DNA from: Candidatus Thorarchaeota archaeon
Lineage (GTDB): Archaea; Asgardarchaeota; Thorarchaeia; Thorarchaeales; Thorarchaeaceae
Assembly (NCBI GenBank): GCA_048884965.1
Contig: JBHLQH010000005.1
Coordinates: 96,001 to 160,000 of the forward strand
DNA length: 64,000 bases
Direction of reading: 5' to 3'
Part shown: piece after piece, positions 39,676 to 49,138 of the stretch
How the letters are laid out: each line of letters begins with the position of its first letter
How positions within the stretch are numbered: the stretch's first letter is position 1
Position numbers and translations under genes: made by a program
The notes under the pieces: model-generated
Told to the model about the DNA's origin: nothing
Seen by the model: the letters and a program-made list of their open reading frames with translations, nothing else
Database searches by the model: none

Positions 39676-41757
39676 CTATGATAAGTCACCTATTGATGAA
39701 TTGAAGATAGTATCAACTAGCTCTTCCGCTTTATCAAAGGTATCGTCTTTTATTCCTTCAAGAGTAATAGATGGATAGATGTCTTCAAATGCCTTTGCAA
39801 ACTCTCGCAAGAGATAGCGAATATCAAAGGATTCCTCCTCCGCGATCAAGGTTACGATTCTTCTCTCGGTATGTTCCATCATTAGAGTAAAACCTTCGTG
39901 ATTGATAGATCGTAGCATGCCGATTTTGCCCATCACCTCATTTGAGAAGGTCGTTATTGCAGAGATGAAACCACTCACTAGACCACTATCCATTTCCATC
40001 TCTGAATCAAATTGATGGACAAATTCCGATAATCCTGATTCTTTACAAAGAGTTAGTAGTATGTAAAGCGCAGGTCTAGGTACCTGTCTCAATTGACCTG
40101 CAGGCTTGAACGCAGCTACGCGTTGCATCTTCTTTGATAAATCTGGACTCGGTGCTGGAACCACTTGCTTTCCAGCAATCAGATTCAATCTGTTCTCCGC
40201 TTGGGCCAGGAGTCTACTATCTTCTACATATGCCGCGACGCTCTTCGCTCTCTCCGCATCTCCCTTGGCCTCGAGTTTCTTACCTGCTAGCCTAAGGACA
40301 TCGCTTCGAAGTAGTAGCGCTTCTGCATAGAGGTGTTGAAGTCCTTGTTCCTTTGCAATCTGAATGAGATCATCAAGATGATATATTGCTTGACTAACTT
40401 CTTCCTCTGCACCCTCATCCTGATAGGATTGCATATGCGTTTGAGCAAGATTCAGCTCGCTTCTAACTAGAATCTCGAAAAGATTATTCTCCCGTCCGAT
40501 TCTCAGTGCTTCTTCATAGCTCTTGACTGCCAATTTCCATTTCTTGTTTGCCGCTTCCACCGCACCTTTCGCTACTTGATAGGCTGCTTTATGAAGTGGC
40601 TTCTCAGACTCTGTAACTTTATCTCTAGTGATTTTCAGGTATTTCCTTGCTTCCTTTTCTTGTCCTGTACGTGCCAAAAGAATGACATACCAAGCATATA
40701 CCTCTATTGTACCAAATTGAGTCTTCTCCTCGATTCTGATTGCTTCGTTCAGGTATTTGTGTGCTTCATCATACCTTCCAAGAGTAAAAGCTATCTCACC
40801 AAGATTCGCCAAAGGTGCTGTCTTTGCAGCATCCATATCCATGATATCATACGCTTTTTTGTAAAACTCCAATGCTTCCTCAAGATTTAGACTGTTGTGA
40901 CGCAATGTCCCTAGATTATTGTAAGCCATTCCTAGCCCAAGGTTGAATGATAGAATCTCACTGATCTCCTTCACTCGAAGATAGTGCTTTTCGGCGTCTT
41001 GACATTCTCCTGACAGATTGCATATGTTCCCTCTCAGATTTTCAGAAAGCGCTAGAAACATTCGATGATTACCTTTCAATGCCATATCTTGTAGAGTATC
41101 ATTGATTCTTGATGCCCTTGCGGCCTGTCCTACAACTCTCAGCAGGTCTCCAACTACGTAGAGGGTGAACATGGTTTCAGTCAGGGGCTCTTCTACTTGC
41201 TCCGGATAGGTCTCTAGGAGATTATCAAACTCCATCACTGCAACTACTACGCTAGTATCTCTTTCAGCTGCTGCCAATAGAACTCTCACTGTACTCAATC
41301 TAACTTTATCCGAAGGTGGTGAGTCCTCAGTTACTCCTTCTTCCATCTGCTTCAGAGCTTCTCTAAGTCCTTCTGCATCAGATAAGGCAAAAAGAACAAT
41401 GCTTCGAAGACTTAGCACTTCAATACTTGTCAAACCTGTGGATAGGAATAAGGCTTCAGCCATTCTCCCTCTCGTGAGGCATGATTGCAATCCAAGCGCA
41501 ATTATATCCGGCCTAGGATTCTCTTTCATACATTCCTTGGTTGCCGCATCAATCGATACATCTGTAAATGCCGCGAATAGGTTTTGCCCCTCACTCATCT
41601 TCGCCTTTATTCCACTGAATATTTCATCCCAAGGAATTTGGGTCGAACCTTTCAAATGAATGAATTCAGGGGGAACCTCCATCACGTTCAAGACAAGCAC
41701 TACTCCACGAGCTTGCATAAATGCGTATTGGGTCTTGCGGTTTCGGCGTCGTTTCAT
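39676..41757 (-). CDS. TPR-repeat protein with C-terminal longin-like domain
   Basis: TPR units (AYNNLG, LANLGE); C-terminal 'SGLSEF...DSGLVSGFISAITTFSNEV'; real start probably downstream of 41757. Confidence 0.8.
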   Translation of the reverse strand: MKRRRNRKTQYAFMQARGVVLVLNVMEVPPEFIHLKGSTQIPWDEIFSGIKAKMSEGQNLFAAFTDVSIDAATKECMKENPRPDIIALGLQSCLTRGRMAEALFLSTGLTSIEVLSLRSIVLFALSDAEGLREALKQMEEGVTEDSPPSDKVRLSTVRVLLAAAERDTSVVVAVMEFDNLLETYPEQVEEPLTETMFTLYVVGDLLRVVGQAARASRINDTLQDMALKGNHRMFLALSENLRGNICNLSGECQDAEKHYLRVKEISEILSFNLGLGMAYNNLGTLRHNSLNLEEALEFYKKAYDIMDMDAAKTAPLANLGEIAFTLGRYDEAHKYLNEAIRIEEKTQFGTIEVYAWYVILLARTGQEKEARKYLKITRDKVTESEKPLHKAAYQVAKGAVEAANKKWKLAVKSYEEALRIGRENNLFEILVRSELNLAQTHMQSYQDEGAEEEVSQAIYHLDDLIQIAKEQGLQHLYAEALLLRSDVLRLAGKKLEAKGDAERAKSVAAYVEDSRLLAQAENRLNLIAGKQVVPAPSPDLSKKMQRVAAFKPAGQLRQVPRPALYILLTLCKESGLSEFVHQFDSEMEMDSGLVSGFISAITTFSNEVMGKIGMLRSINHEGFTLMMEHTERRIVTLIAEEESFDIRYLLREFAKAFEDIYPSITLEGIKDDTFDKAEELVDTIFNSSIGDLS

Positions 41758-41838
41758 TTCGGGCGTGAATCATAATATTCATAGAGCATTCATCTTTCTC
41801 TTCGCACTATACAAAAAGTCTATTGGAGATGATAATCT

Positions 41839-43227
41839 TTGTTTGACCAACTAGAAAAAGCCCTTGAATATGGTCAAAACCTTGGTGCATCCTATGTTGA
41901 GCTAAGAGGTGAATCTGGTTTTGTTGAGTATATTCAGATGGATGATGGCCGCGTTAATGCATTGACTCAAAGACTTGAGCGCGGAGTGGCTATCCGAGTA
42001 TTGGCTGATGGAGCATGGGGTTTCGTTTCAACAGGTGAAATGAATACTCTTACTGAGAGTGTTGAGAATGCATACAAGATGGCAAAGGCTGCTGCGAAAA
42101 CTCGACATGAGCGAATCGAATTGATTGATGTAAAGACCCATGAAGAAGTCATCAAGTCCAAAGGCGAACGAGATCCTCGCTATGTTCCGATCGAGGAAAA
42201 GATTCAGTATATGACCAGTATAACTGAAATCGTTCGGAATTATGATCCGCGGATTTCCGCGGTTACTGTAAAAGTACGAACCGCGTCAGGGCAGAAATAC
42301 ATCGTCACGTCAGATGGTACTCGAATAGAAACACCTGTGTTGTTGGTTTGGGTATACCCGTGGGTGTCAGGAAAGGAAGGTATCAGGCTGAGTGCAGCCC
42401 GGCATGAAGAAGCTTCAACACACGATGGTTGGGAATTCATGGACACTTTTGCGACTCCTGAATTCATGGGAGAAACAGTTGCAAAGAGAGTGAAATTACA
42501 GCTAGAGGGTATTCCTGCAAAAGGCGGTTCTTTCCCATGCATTGCTGGTCCTCGTGTCATTGGCGTTCTCGCTCATGAAGCACTGGGTCATCTTGCGGAA
42601 GCTGATCTTACAATACAAAGCGCATTCAATGGGAAAGTAGGAGAGGTAGTGGCTTCTGATGGAGTAAATATGATTGATGATGGTACACTCCCCGATGTTA
42701 TTGGAACCTCGAAATTCGATGACGAAGGAGTAGCTGCTAGTAGAGTTCACATCATCAAGGATTCTGTTTTGACCGAGTTGCTGACCAATAGAGAGTATGC
42801 AAAGAAGATCGACCAAAGGGCTACGGGAAACGCTCGTGCAGAGAGCTATCTCTATCCTCCAATAATAAGAATGCGAAATACCTACTTCGATAAAGGCGAT
42901 AGTTCTATGGAGGAATTACTCGAAGGTATCGAATTCGGGTACTATTGTGTGGACTTTCGGGGCGGACAAGCACAAATGAATGCAAGTTTCCAAGTCGGCA
43001 TTCAAGAAGCTTATGAAATAGTGAACGGTGAAATTGGTCGGCCAGTGATGGATTTGTCAATCTCCGGAATTGCCACAGACTCCTTGTTCAAGATTGAAGG
43101 AGTGGAGAAGAAAACCTTTCCATGGGAATCTGGAAGATGTGGAAAGGGACAGGAGGCGTTTGTTGCATCTGGTGGTCCCAACATCAGATTTGCGCAAGGT
43201 GGAATTACATTCGGAGGGAAGAATTGA
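41839..43227 (+). CDS. tldD: TldD metalloprotease subunit
   Basis: GVAIRV...GAWGF, HEALGH, DDEG, RMRNT, CGKGQ. Confidence 0.93.
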   Translation: MFDQLEKALEYGQNLGASYVELRGESGFVEYIQMDDGRVNALTQRLERGVAIRVLADGAWGFVSTGEMNTLTESVENAYKMAKAAAKTRHERIELIDVKTHEEVIKSKGERDPRYVPIEEKIQYMTSITEIVRNYDPRISAVTVKVRTASGQKYIVTSDGTRIETPVLLVWVYPWVSGKEGIRLSAARHEEASTHDGWEFMDTFATPEFMGETVAKRVKLQLEGIPAKGGSFPCIAGPRVIGVLAHEALGHLAEADLTIQSAFNGKVGEVVASDGVNMIDDGTLPDVIGTSKFDDEGVAASRVHIIKDSVLTELLTNREYAKKIDQRATGNARAESYLYPPIIRMRNTYFDKGDSSMEELLEGIEFGYYCVDFRGGQAQMNASFQVGIQEAYEIVNGEIGRPVMDLSISGIATDSLFKIEGVEKKTFPWESGRCGKGQEAFVASGGPNIRFAQGGITFGGKN

Positions 43228-44585
43228 TGATTGATGAAAAGGAATTACTTGAACTCTGTAAGTTTCTAGTCGCTGAAGGAAAGAACATGGGTGCTGATAG
43301 CGTTGAGATTCAAGCCCAAGACTCATCCGATTTGCAATCAACTATAGAGATGGGGCAAGTGTCAAGTGTCAATCTCAATAAGGGAGTTGAGATCGCAATT
43401 CGCGTCTTCATCGGGAAAAGGACTGGCTCTGCTTTTACGAATATTCCAACTGAAGAATCGACAAAGGAAGCTCTTGAGTTAGCGATTGCCGCAGCAAAGG
43501 CTACCACAGAGGATGAATCACATCAATCACTCCCCGAACCAAAGGAATATGCTAAAGTCACAGGTTTATGGGATGCCTCTGTTGTAGATTCAGAGGCATC
43601 AAAGGTTGCAGAGGTATCCACGACTCTTGTTCAGAAGAGCACGCAAGAAGAACCTGGTCTCATTGCTGGTTTTGGAGGGACAGGAAGCGTTGTGTTTGTA
43701 GGCGCCTACGCAAATAGCAATGGTGTTGAACATTCAGAGAAAGGAACTGTTGCATATACCTATCTTGCGGGTGTCGCTCCAACAGAAACCGGAATGACTC
43801 CCAGTGTGCTAGGGTTTGATGTGCGTCGCGATGCTGCTCTCGATGTCGATTTTGTTGTAAGAGAGGTAGTAGATAACATCCGGATTGTCAAGAAGACTGT
43901 CGCTGGAAGGACAGGCAAATTCAAGGTAATCATGCATCCTGGTGCATATGGGCAAATCATGACCTTTACTCTTTTCCAGTCAATTCGCGGTGATAATGTA
44001 GCTCGCGGAAAATCTAAGATTGGCGATAAGATTGGCGAGAAAATCGGGTCTGAACTTATCACCATCGTGGATGATGGCTTGGACATCCGAGGACTTAATG
44101 CAAGTATTGCAGATGACGAAGGAGTTCCCCGTCAACGGACTCCAATAATTGAGAATGGCGTTCTGCGTTCATTCATCTGGGATAACTATTGGGCACGAAA
44201 GATGGGAGTTCAGAGCACAGGAAATGCAAAACGGAATAAGCGGCAGGGACTAGTGGAAGTATCCACGAGCAATATCATCATTGAACCTGGGTCCCGTGAT
44301 CTCGATTCTATTCTCTCAGAGATTGAGTATGGTTACTACATTCGCGGCGTTCAAGGAGCTCATAGCTCCAATCCTGAATCTGGTGACTTCAGTGTTGTAG
44401 GTAATCCTGCCATTCTAATTGAGAATGGACGTATGGTAGGTGCGGTGCATGGTCTAATGCTATCTGGAAATATCTACGATTTGTTGAAACAAGTTGATGA
44501 GGTTGCCAGTGATCCCAAGAACATGCAGGACCTGATTGCGCCTGAGATCGTCTTCAACGATGTTGATGTGATATCAAAAGAATAG
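43227..44585 (+). CDS. pmbA: PmbA/TldE subunit
   Basis: DDEG, STGNA, SGDFS, no HEXXH; start overlaps the tldD stop. Confidence 0.9.
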   Translation: MIDEKELLELCKFLVAEGKNMGADSVEIQAQDSSDLQSTIEMGQVSSVNLNKGVEIAIRVFIGKRTGSAFTNIPTEESTKEALELAIAAAKATTEDESHQSLPEPKEYAKVTGLWDASVVDSEASKVAEVSTTLVQKSTQEEPGLIAGFGGTGSVVFVGAYANSNGVEHSEKGTVAYTYLAGVAPTETGMTPSVLGFDVRRDAALDVDFVVREVVDNIRIVKKTVAGRTGKFKVIMHPGAYGQIMTFTLFQSIRGDNVARGKSKIGDKIGEKIGSELITIVDDGLDIRGLNASIADDEGVPRQRTPIIENGVLRSFIWDNYWARKMGVQSTGNAKRNKRQGLVEVSTSNIIIEPGSRDLDSILSEIEYGYYIRGVQGAHSSNPESGDFSVVGNPAILIENGRMVGAVHGLMLSGNIYDLLKQVDEVASDPKNMQDLIAPEIVFNDVDVISKE

Positions 44586-44592
44586 GTAAAGC

Positions 44593-44614
44593 TGTGGTGG
44601 TTACACCCACCACA
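44593..44614 (+). terminator. Stem-loop after pmbA
   Basis: TGTGGTGG-ttacac-CCACCACA. Confidence 0.5.
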
Positions 44615-44688
44615 CATCTTTCATCCCTGAAAACAGAAAGCATATCTGTCAATCAGGTTGTGTGCTCAAATAGTAACGAGGTTGAATC

Positions 44689-47600
44689 ATGTATAGACAT
44701 CTGCTTGTATTGCTACTTGTTTTCTCAACTCTTCAAATTCCTATGGTTATGTCAACTTCTACCGTTTACTCAGATATTTCAACGAAGGTGACCGATTCGT
44801 ATATCGAATCACAGCTAAAGATGGAACTTCAAGAGTATGCAAATCGAGCATCTGCGTTCAGATCATCATCTACTAGCTCTGGCGTGAGCAGCATCCTTAG
44901 ATTTGAGCTCGAACTCACAACTGATCAAATTAATTTCGCTGAATCTCTAGGTATTGAGTTCAAGAAACGGAATAGTCAAGTCGTTCATGTAGGAAGTATC
45001 TACCTAGCCACTGTTTCAACTCTGACCGCAATCACAGATATCTCCCCACTCGGTTTACTTCAAGCTTCATCTGGATCCAAGAAATTCTATCCCTCTCTTT
45101 CTTCATCAGTTCCAGCAATAGACGCTCCTGAGGTCTGGAGGGATTTCACGATTGATGGCACTGGGACGCGAGTAGCTGTGATAGACACAGGGGCTTCATG
45201 GCTCCATCCTTCTCTTTGGCGAGCATCCTCTGAGGAATATGATATTCTTACAGATGGTTCCCACTTCTATGTGGATATCGACGATGATTCCGTTATTGAC
45301 TCTGATGAAGGCCCAATAAATACTGTAACTGGGCAAAGTGGCTCTTCCATTGATTATAGTGAGGATTACATGTTCATAGACATCGGCGATAATGGCAGAT
45401 TTGACTACAGCTTGGGCGACCGCTGGCTTGGTGGAATTGATGCAAATGATAACACATTCATCGATTTAGCATCGGAGAAAGTTGTTATATTAGGGGAATC
45501 AAAGGTTGCAATTCTATACGACCAAACAATTGCAAGTGTATTTGTAAGGGGCGTCAATCTCACGGATGCAGTCAACATAGGTGATACAAATGGTCATGGT
45601 ACGCATGTAGCTTCCACAATCGCTGGTGGCCAGATTGGTATGATTAATTATGTAGGCGTAGCGCCTGGAGCTGATCTCATCATCATTAAGAGTCCTCTTG
45701 ATTCGGAGAGTGTCCTAGATGGAATCGCATTTGCCGCAGAGAATGATGCAGATGTGATCAATATGTCCTTCTCGAGCTATCTGGGTTTTCTTGATGGGAC
45801 GGATCTTGAGGACCTTGCAATAAGTGAAGCATTCCTCCAATATGGAACTCTTTCCACGCTTGCTGCAGGAAATCTTGGTGGGCGTCCGAAACATGCAAGC
45901 TTCACAGTAGCATCTGGTGAAGAGGAAAGTGCGACCTTCAATGTACAGAACCCTCCCGACTATTCCTTCCTGAACATCCTATGGCGAAGTGACAATGATG
46001 ACGAGCATATTATTCTCACACCACCAAACTCTGAGGAGCAAATCGATCTAGGCTCATTCAATGAGATACTTCGCGATCCATTCGAGATAAATCATGCTAA
46101 CATCTCGGCATACGTTTTTCCTGACCAGAGCATTAAAGGAATGAATCGAATCATCGTTCAAGTTTCCGCTCAAGATCACTTTTGGGCCAATGGTGGATGG
46201 ACTCTTACTGTTTCAAATCCTACAGGTGATGCGATTACAGTTCATGCATATGCATGGGATAATAACTGGGGTGGTACTGCACTTCGTTTCACATCCAAGA
46301 TTGATTATACGCATCTTATTAGCTCGCCTGGGACATCCGACCTTGGTATCACTGTGGCGTCTTACAATGAGGTTACCCTAGATCTCAGCTCATCTTCTAG
46401 CATTGGTCCAAGGGTTGATGAAGTAGTCAAGCCAACAGTGACAGCTCCTGGTGATCAGATTCGAGCTGCCTATAACAGTGTGGTTTCATTATGGGTTAGT
46501 CGTTCTGGGACTAGTATGGCTGCACCTCACGTTGCTGGGGTTGTAGCACTTATCAAAGCTGCTTCAGGAGATTCAAATGGATGGCGCACACTTTCTGCAC
46601 TACTAGAAGGTAGCGGGGGGTCTGAGAATCATTATAACACTCCCTCGATGTCGTGGGGATTTGGGATGGTGAATCCAGTTTGGTCCGTACAGCATGTTCT
46701 ATCTCCATCCGATTCAGTACATTGGAATGGAGTTCCTCTTCTTGCATCTGATACCTTGGATCCGATTCTCCCCTCTTCACTTGACTTCCTAAATGCCAGT
46801 GTCTACCTGACAAACGAGAGTACTTGGTATAAGATTGGTTTCAGAGGCACTCCTGATTTTTCAAGTGACAACATCTTCACATTGAATTGGGATACCGATA
46901 ACTCAATGGCATCAGGTAGTCTTGGTGTCGATTTGAAGGTGAATATCTCCAATGGTATTGCCAGAACCTATGAATGGCAAAGTGGCTCCTTCGTTGACAT
47001 AGGGGTTGTGGATTGGTCAAACTCATCGAATAACCTCTACTTTTCTTTGGATCACATTCTTGGTGTTGATTTCGGAAGAGTAGAATTCCAATGTGGTGAC
47101 AACTCCAATTCATCTATAGACACAATATCTACCGCAACATTGGCTAATCAATGGTCGCCACTCATTGAATCATTCTCAATTGAATTCTTATCAGATGATG
47201 TCTACAGTGTTTCTCTTGAGATTTCTGATAGAGATACAGATTCAAGCCTTTTGGACATAGAGCTTGATGTGGTTGATGGAGGATTGACTTCTCTAGATAC
47301 ATTAACAGAAAGTGGCAAGTATCTTTTCGTCGGGACTGTGGATATTTCCGAAATCACTGTCGATGAGATGTTGTCACTCTTACTATCAGTATCTGATAGC
47401 TTGAAGGATTTGATCATACCACCAATCCTTCTCTCAGGAGGTAGTTCACTAAAACTAGAAATCACTGAAGGCTTCTTGGATCATACTGTTGTCAGAGTTG
47501 GCCTCTTCATATCAGAACGAATAACAGGTAACTTTTCAGTTCGTGGTTATTTACTAGCTGCTGAGGTGCGTCTCTCACTTCAGCTCACATATGGATTGAC

Positions 47601-47844
47601 ATTCAATATGACCTTGCTTGGATCAAATGGTGAGTATACATTTGATGTATCGACCTATGGATTAGTTTCTGGAATCTATGATGTACACGCAGTTGCCATC
47701 TCACAGGATGGAGCCGAAGTATCTCTTCTGATAGGGCAGCTGACATTAGTCGAAGACTATTCGTATGCAATCCTTATAGGGGGAATTGGGATTGGCGTAC
47801 TAGTTGTCTTCCTTTACATTTGGAGAACGCAGAAGAATCATTGA
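44689..47844 (+). CDS. Membrane-anchored S8 subtilisin-like protease (paralog of 29585)
   Basis: IDTG, HGTH, AGN, GTSMAAPH; signal peptide; C-terminal TM. Confidence 0.92.
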   Translation: MYRHLLVLLLVFSTLQIPMVMSTSTVYSDISTKVTDSYIESQLKMELQEYANRASAFRSSSTSSGVSSILRFELELTTDQINFAESLGIEFKKRNSQVVHVGSIYLATVSTLTAITDISPLGLLQASSGSKKFYPSLSSSVPAIDAPEVWRDFTIDGTGTRVAVIDTGASWLHPSLWRASSEEYDILTDGSHFYVDIDDDSVIDSDEGPINTVTGQSGSSIDYSEDYMFIDIGDNGRFDYSLGDRWLGGIDANDNTFIDLASEKVVILGESKVAILYDQTIASVFVRGVNLTDAVNIGDTNGHGTHVASTIAGGQIGMINYVGVAPGADLIIIKSPLDSESVLDGIAFAAENDADVINMSFSSYLGFLDGTDLEDLAISEAFLQYGTLSTLAAGNLGGRPKHASFTVASGEEESATFNVQNPPDYSFLNILWRSDNDDEHIILTPPNSEEQIDLGSFNEILRDPFEINHANISAYVFPDQSIKGMNRIIVQVSAQDHFWANGGWTLTVSNPTGDAITVHAYAWDNNWGGTALRFTSKIDYTHLISSPGTSDLGITVASYNEVTLDLSSSSSIGPRVDEVVKPTVTAPGDQIRAAYNSVVSLWVSRSGTSMAAPHVAGVVALIKAASGDSNGWRTLSALLEGSGGSENHYNTPSMSWGFGMVNPVWSVQHVLSPSDSVHWNGVPLLASDTLDPILPSSLDFLNASVYLTNESTWYKIGFRGTPDFSSDNIFTLNWDTDNSMASGSLGVDLKVNISNGIARTYEWQSGSFVDIGVVDWSNSSNNLYFSLDHILGVDFGRVEFQCGDNSNSSIDTISTATLANQWSPLIESFSIEFLSDDVYSVSLEISDRDTDSSLLDIELDVVDGGLTSLDTLTESGKYLFVGTVDISEITVDEMLSLLLSVSDSLKDLIIPPILLSGGSSLKLEITEGFLDHTVVRVGLFISERITGNFSVRGYLLAAEVRLSLQLTYGLTFNMTLLGSNGEYTFDVSTYGLVSGIYDVHAVAISQDGAEVSLLIGQLTLVEDYSYAILIGGIGIGVLVVFLYIWRTQKNH

Positions 47845-47857
47845 TTGGAGGAATTGT

Positions 47858-49138
47858 ATGAAGCTCGTTGTTATCGGATATGGACCTGGAGGCGTATCAG
47901 CTGCTACTTCTGCAAGGATATTCAATAGAGATGCGGAGGTAATCATCTACACTAGTGAACAGCTTGATGCACATCAAAAGCCCGGTGCATCATTAGCCTT
48001 GGAGCATCCCGATACAAATGCACTTTTAATTCCTGATTGGTCAATGAAACAGCTCCGAGAGATGGGAATCGAAATCAATAGTGGAGTTCGTGTTGTTGGA
48101 ATTGACACTTCTTCAAAGACGCTGAGAATCGATAATGAAGGTTCTCTTACAGAAACGAACTACGACAAGTTGATTCTCGCAACGGGAGGTATCCCCTCTG
48201 TACCCGAAATGAAAGGAGCTGACCTCGACGGAGTCTTTACTATTCAAGATATGAGTGACACTTCCAAAATCGGACAAAGATTAGATGGGTTGAGAACGCT
48301 TTTTGTTATTGGAGCAGGATTCAGTGGTTTGGAAGTCGCTGAACGCCTCATCGATTTAGGAAAGGATGTTCATCTCGTCGTCAGGTCTCGATTGATGCGA
48401 CGGCTTCTCGAAGAGTCAATGAGTGCAGAATTGCTTTCCCGACTGCCAACAACATTGAATGTGCATATGGGTGTATCACCTGAAGAGATTCTTGGAACAG
48501 AAAGAGTCAAGGGTATCAAATTGAACGATACCACTCACAATGCAGATGCAATTCTCTTCATGACCGGTGTGAAGCCAAATATTGGGTTAGCTACTTCCAT
48601 GGGCTTACATATTGGAGATCTTGGTGGAATCAAGGTCAATAATCTCTTGGAAACCTCAATGCAAGATGTCTACTCTGTTGGAGACTGCATTGAGATGTTC
48701 GATCGCATTACCGGAAAGCCAATTTTGATGCCTATTGGAAGTGTTGCAGCTAGGGCCGGGCGTCAGGCGGGTGTTGCAGCAGCTGGTGGCAAGAAAGTCT
48801 ACGATGATGTATCTATTAGATTCCAGTATGACAGGATATTCGATACAGACATCGTTTGTGTTGGACATTCCTCCGAAACTGCAAAAAGTGTAGGCTTGAA
48901 CACGAGTATTCAGTATCTTGAGGATCCTGATGAATTCACCAAAGTGGCATTGGTGACAAAGGAAGATGGGACTCTCATTGGGGGCCAAGTGATAGCACCA
49001 AGGATGGGTGCGAGAATTGGCTATCAAATTCACGAGCGTGTTGAGAAAGGTGCAAAGCTAACGAAAGCTCCGCTCCTTGATCCTTTGCACAAGCGCATGC
49101 GCGACCTATTGGAATCTACACTGGGTCCTATTCAATAG
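47858..49138 (+). CDS. FAD-dependent pyridine nucleotide-disulfide oxidoreductase (NADH oxidase/CoADR-like)
   Basis: GYGPGG, ATG, GAGFSGLE, VYSVGDC; ATG 47858 with GGAGG SD. Confidence 0.88.
   Translation: MKLVVIGYGPGGVSAATSARIFNRDAEVIIYTSEQLDAHQKPGASLALEHPDTNALLIPDWSMKQLREMGIEINSGVRVVGIDTSSKTLRIDNEGSLTETNYDKLILATGGIPSVPEMKGADLDGVFTIQDMSDTSKIGQRLDGLRTLFVIGAGFSGLEVAERLIDLGKDVHLVVRSRLMRRLLEESMSAELLSRLPTTLNVHMGVSPEEILGTERVKGIKLNDTTHNADAILFMTGVKPNIGLATSMGLHIGDLGGIKVNNLLETSMQDVYSVGDCIEMFDRITGKPILMPIGSVAARAGRQAGVAAAGGKKVYDDVSIRFQYDRIFDTDIVCVGHSSETAKSVGLNTSIQYLEDPDEFTKVALVTKEDGTLIGGQVIAPRMGARIGYQIHERVEKGAKLTKAPLLDPLHKRMRDLLESTLGPIQ

Noticed and set aside
41839-44585. TldD/PmbA as the protease of the RiPP-like system
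   Set aside because: About 23 kb away and ubiquitous in archaea; no positional evidence
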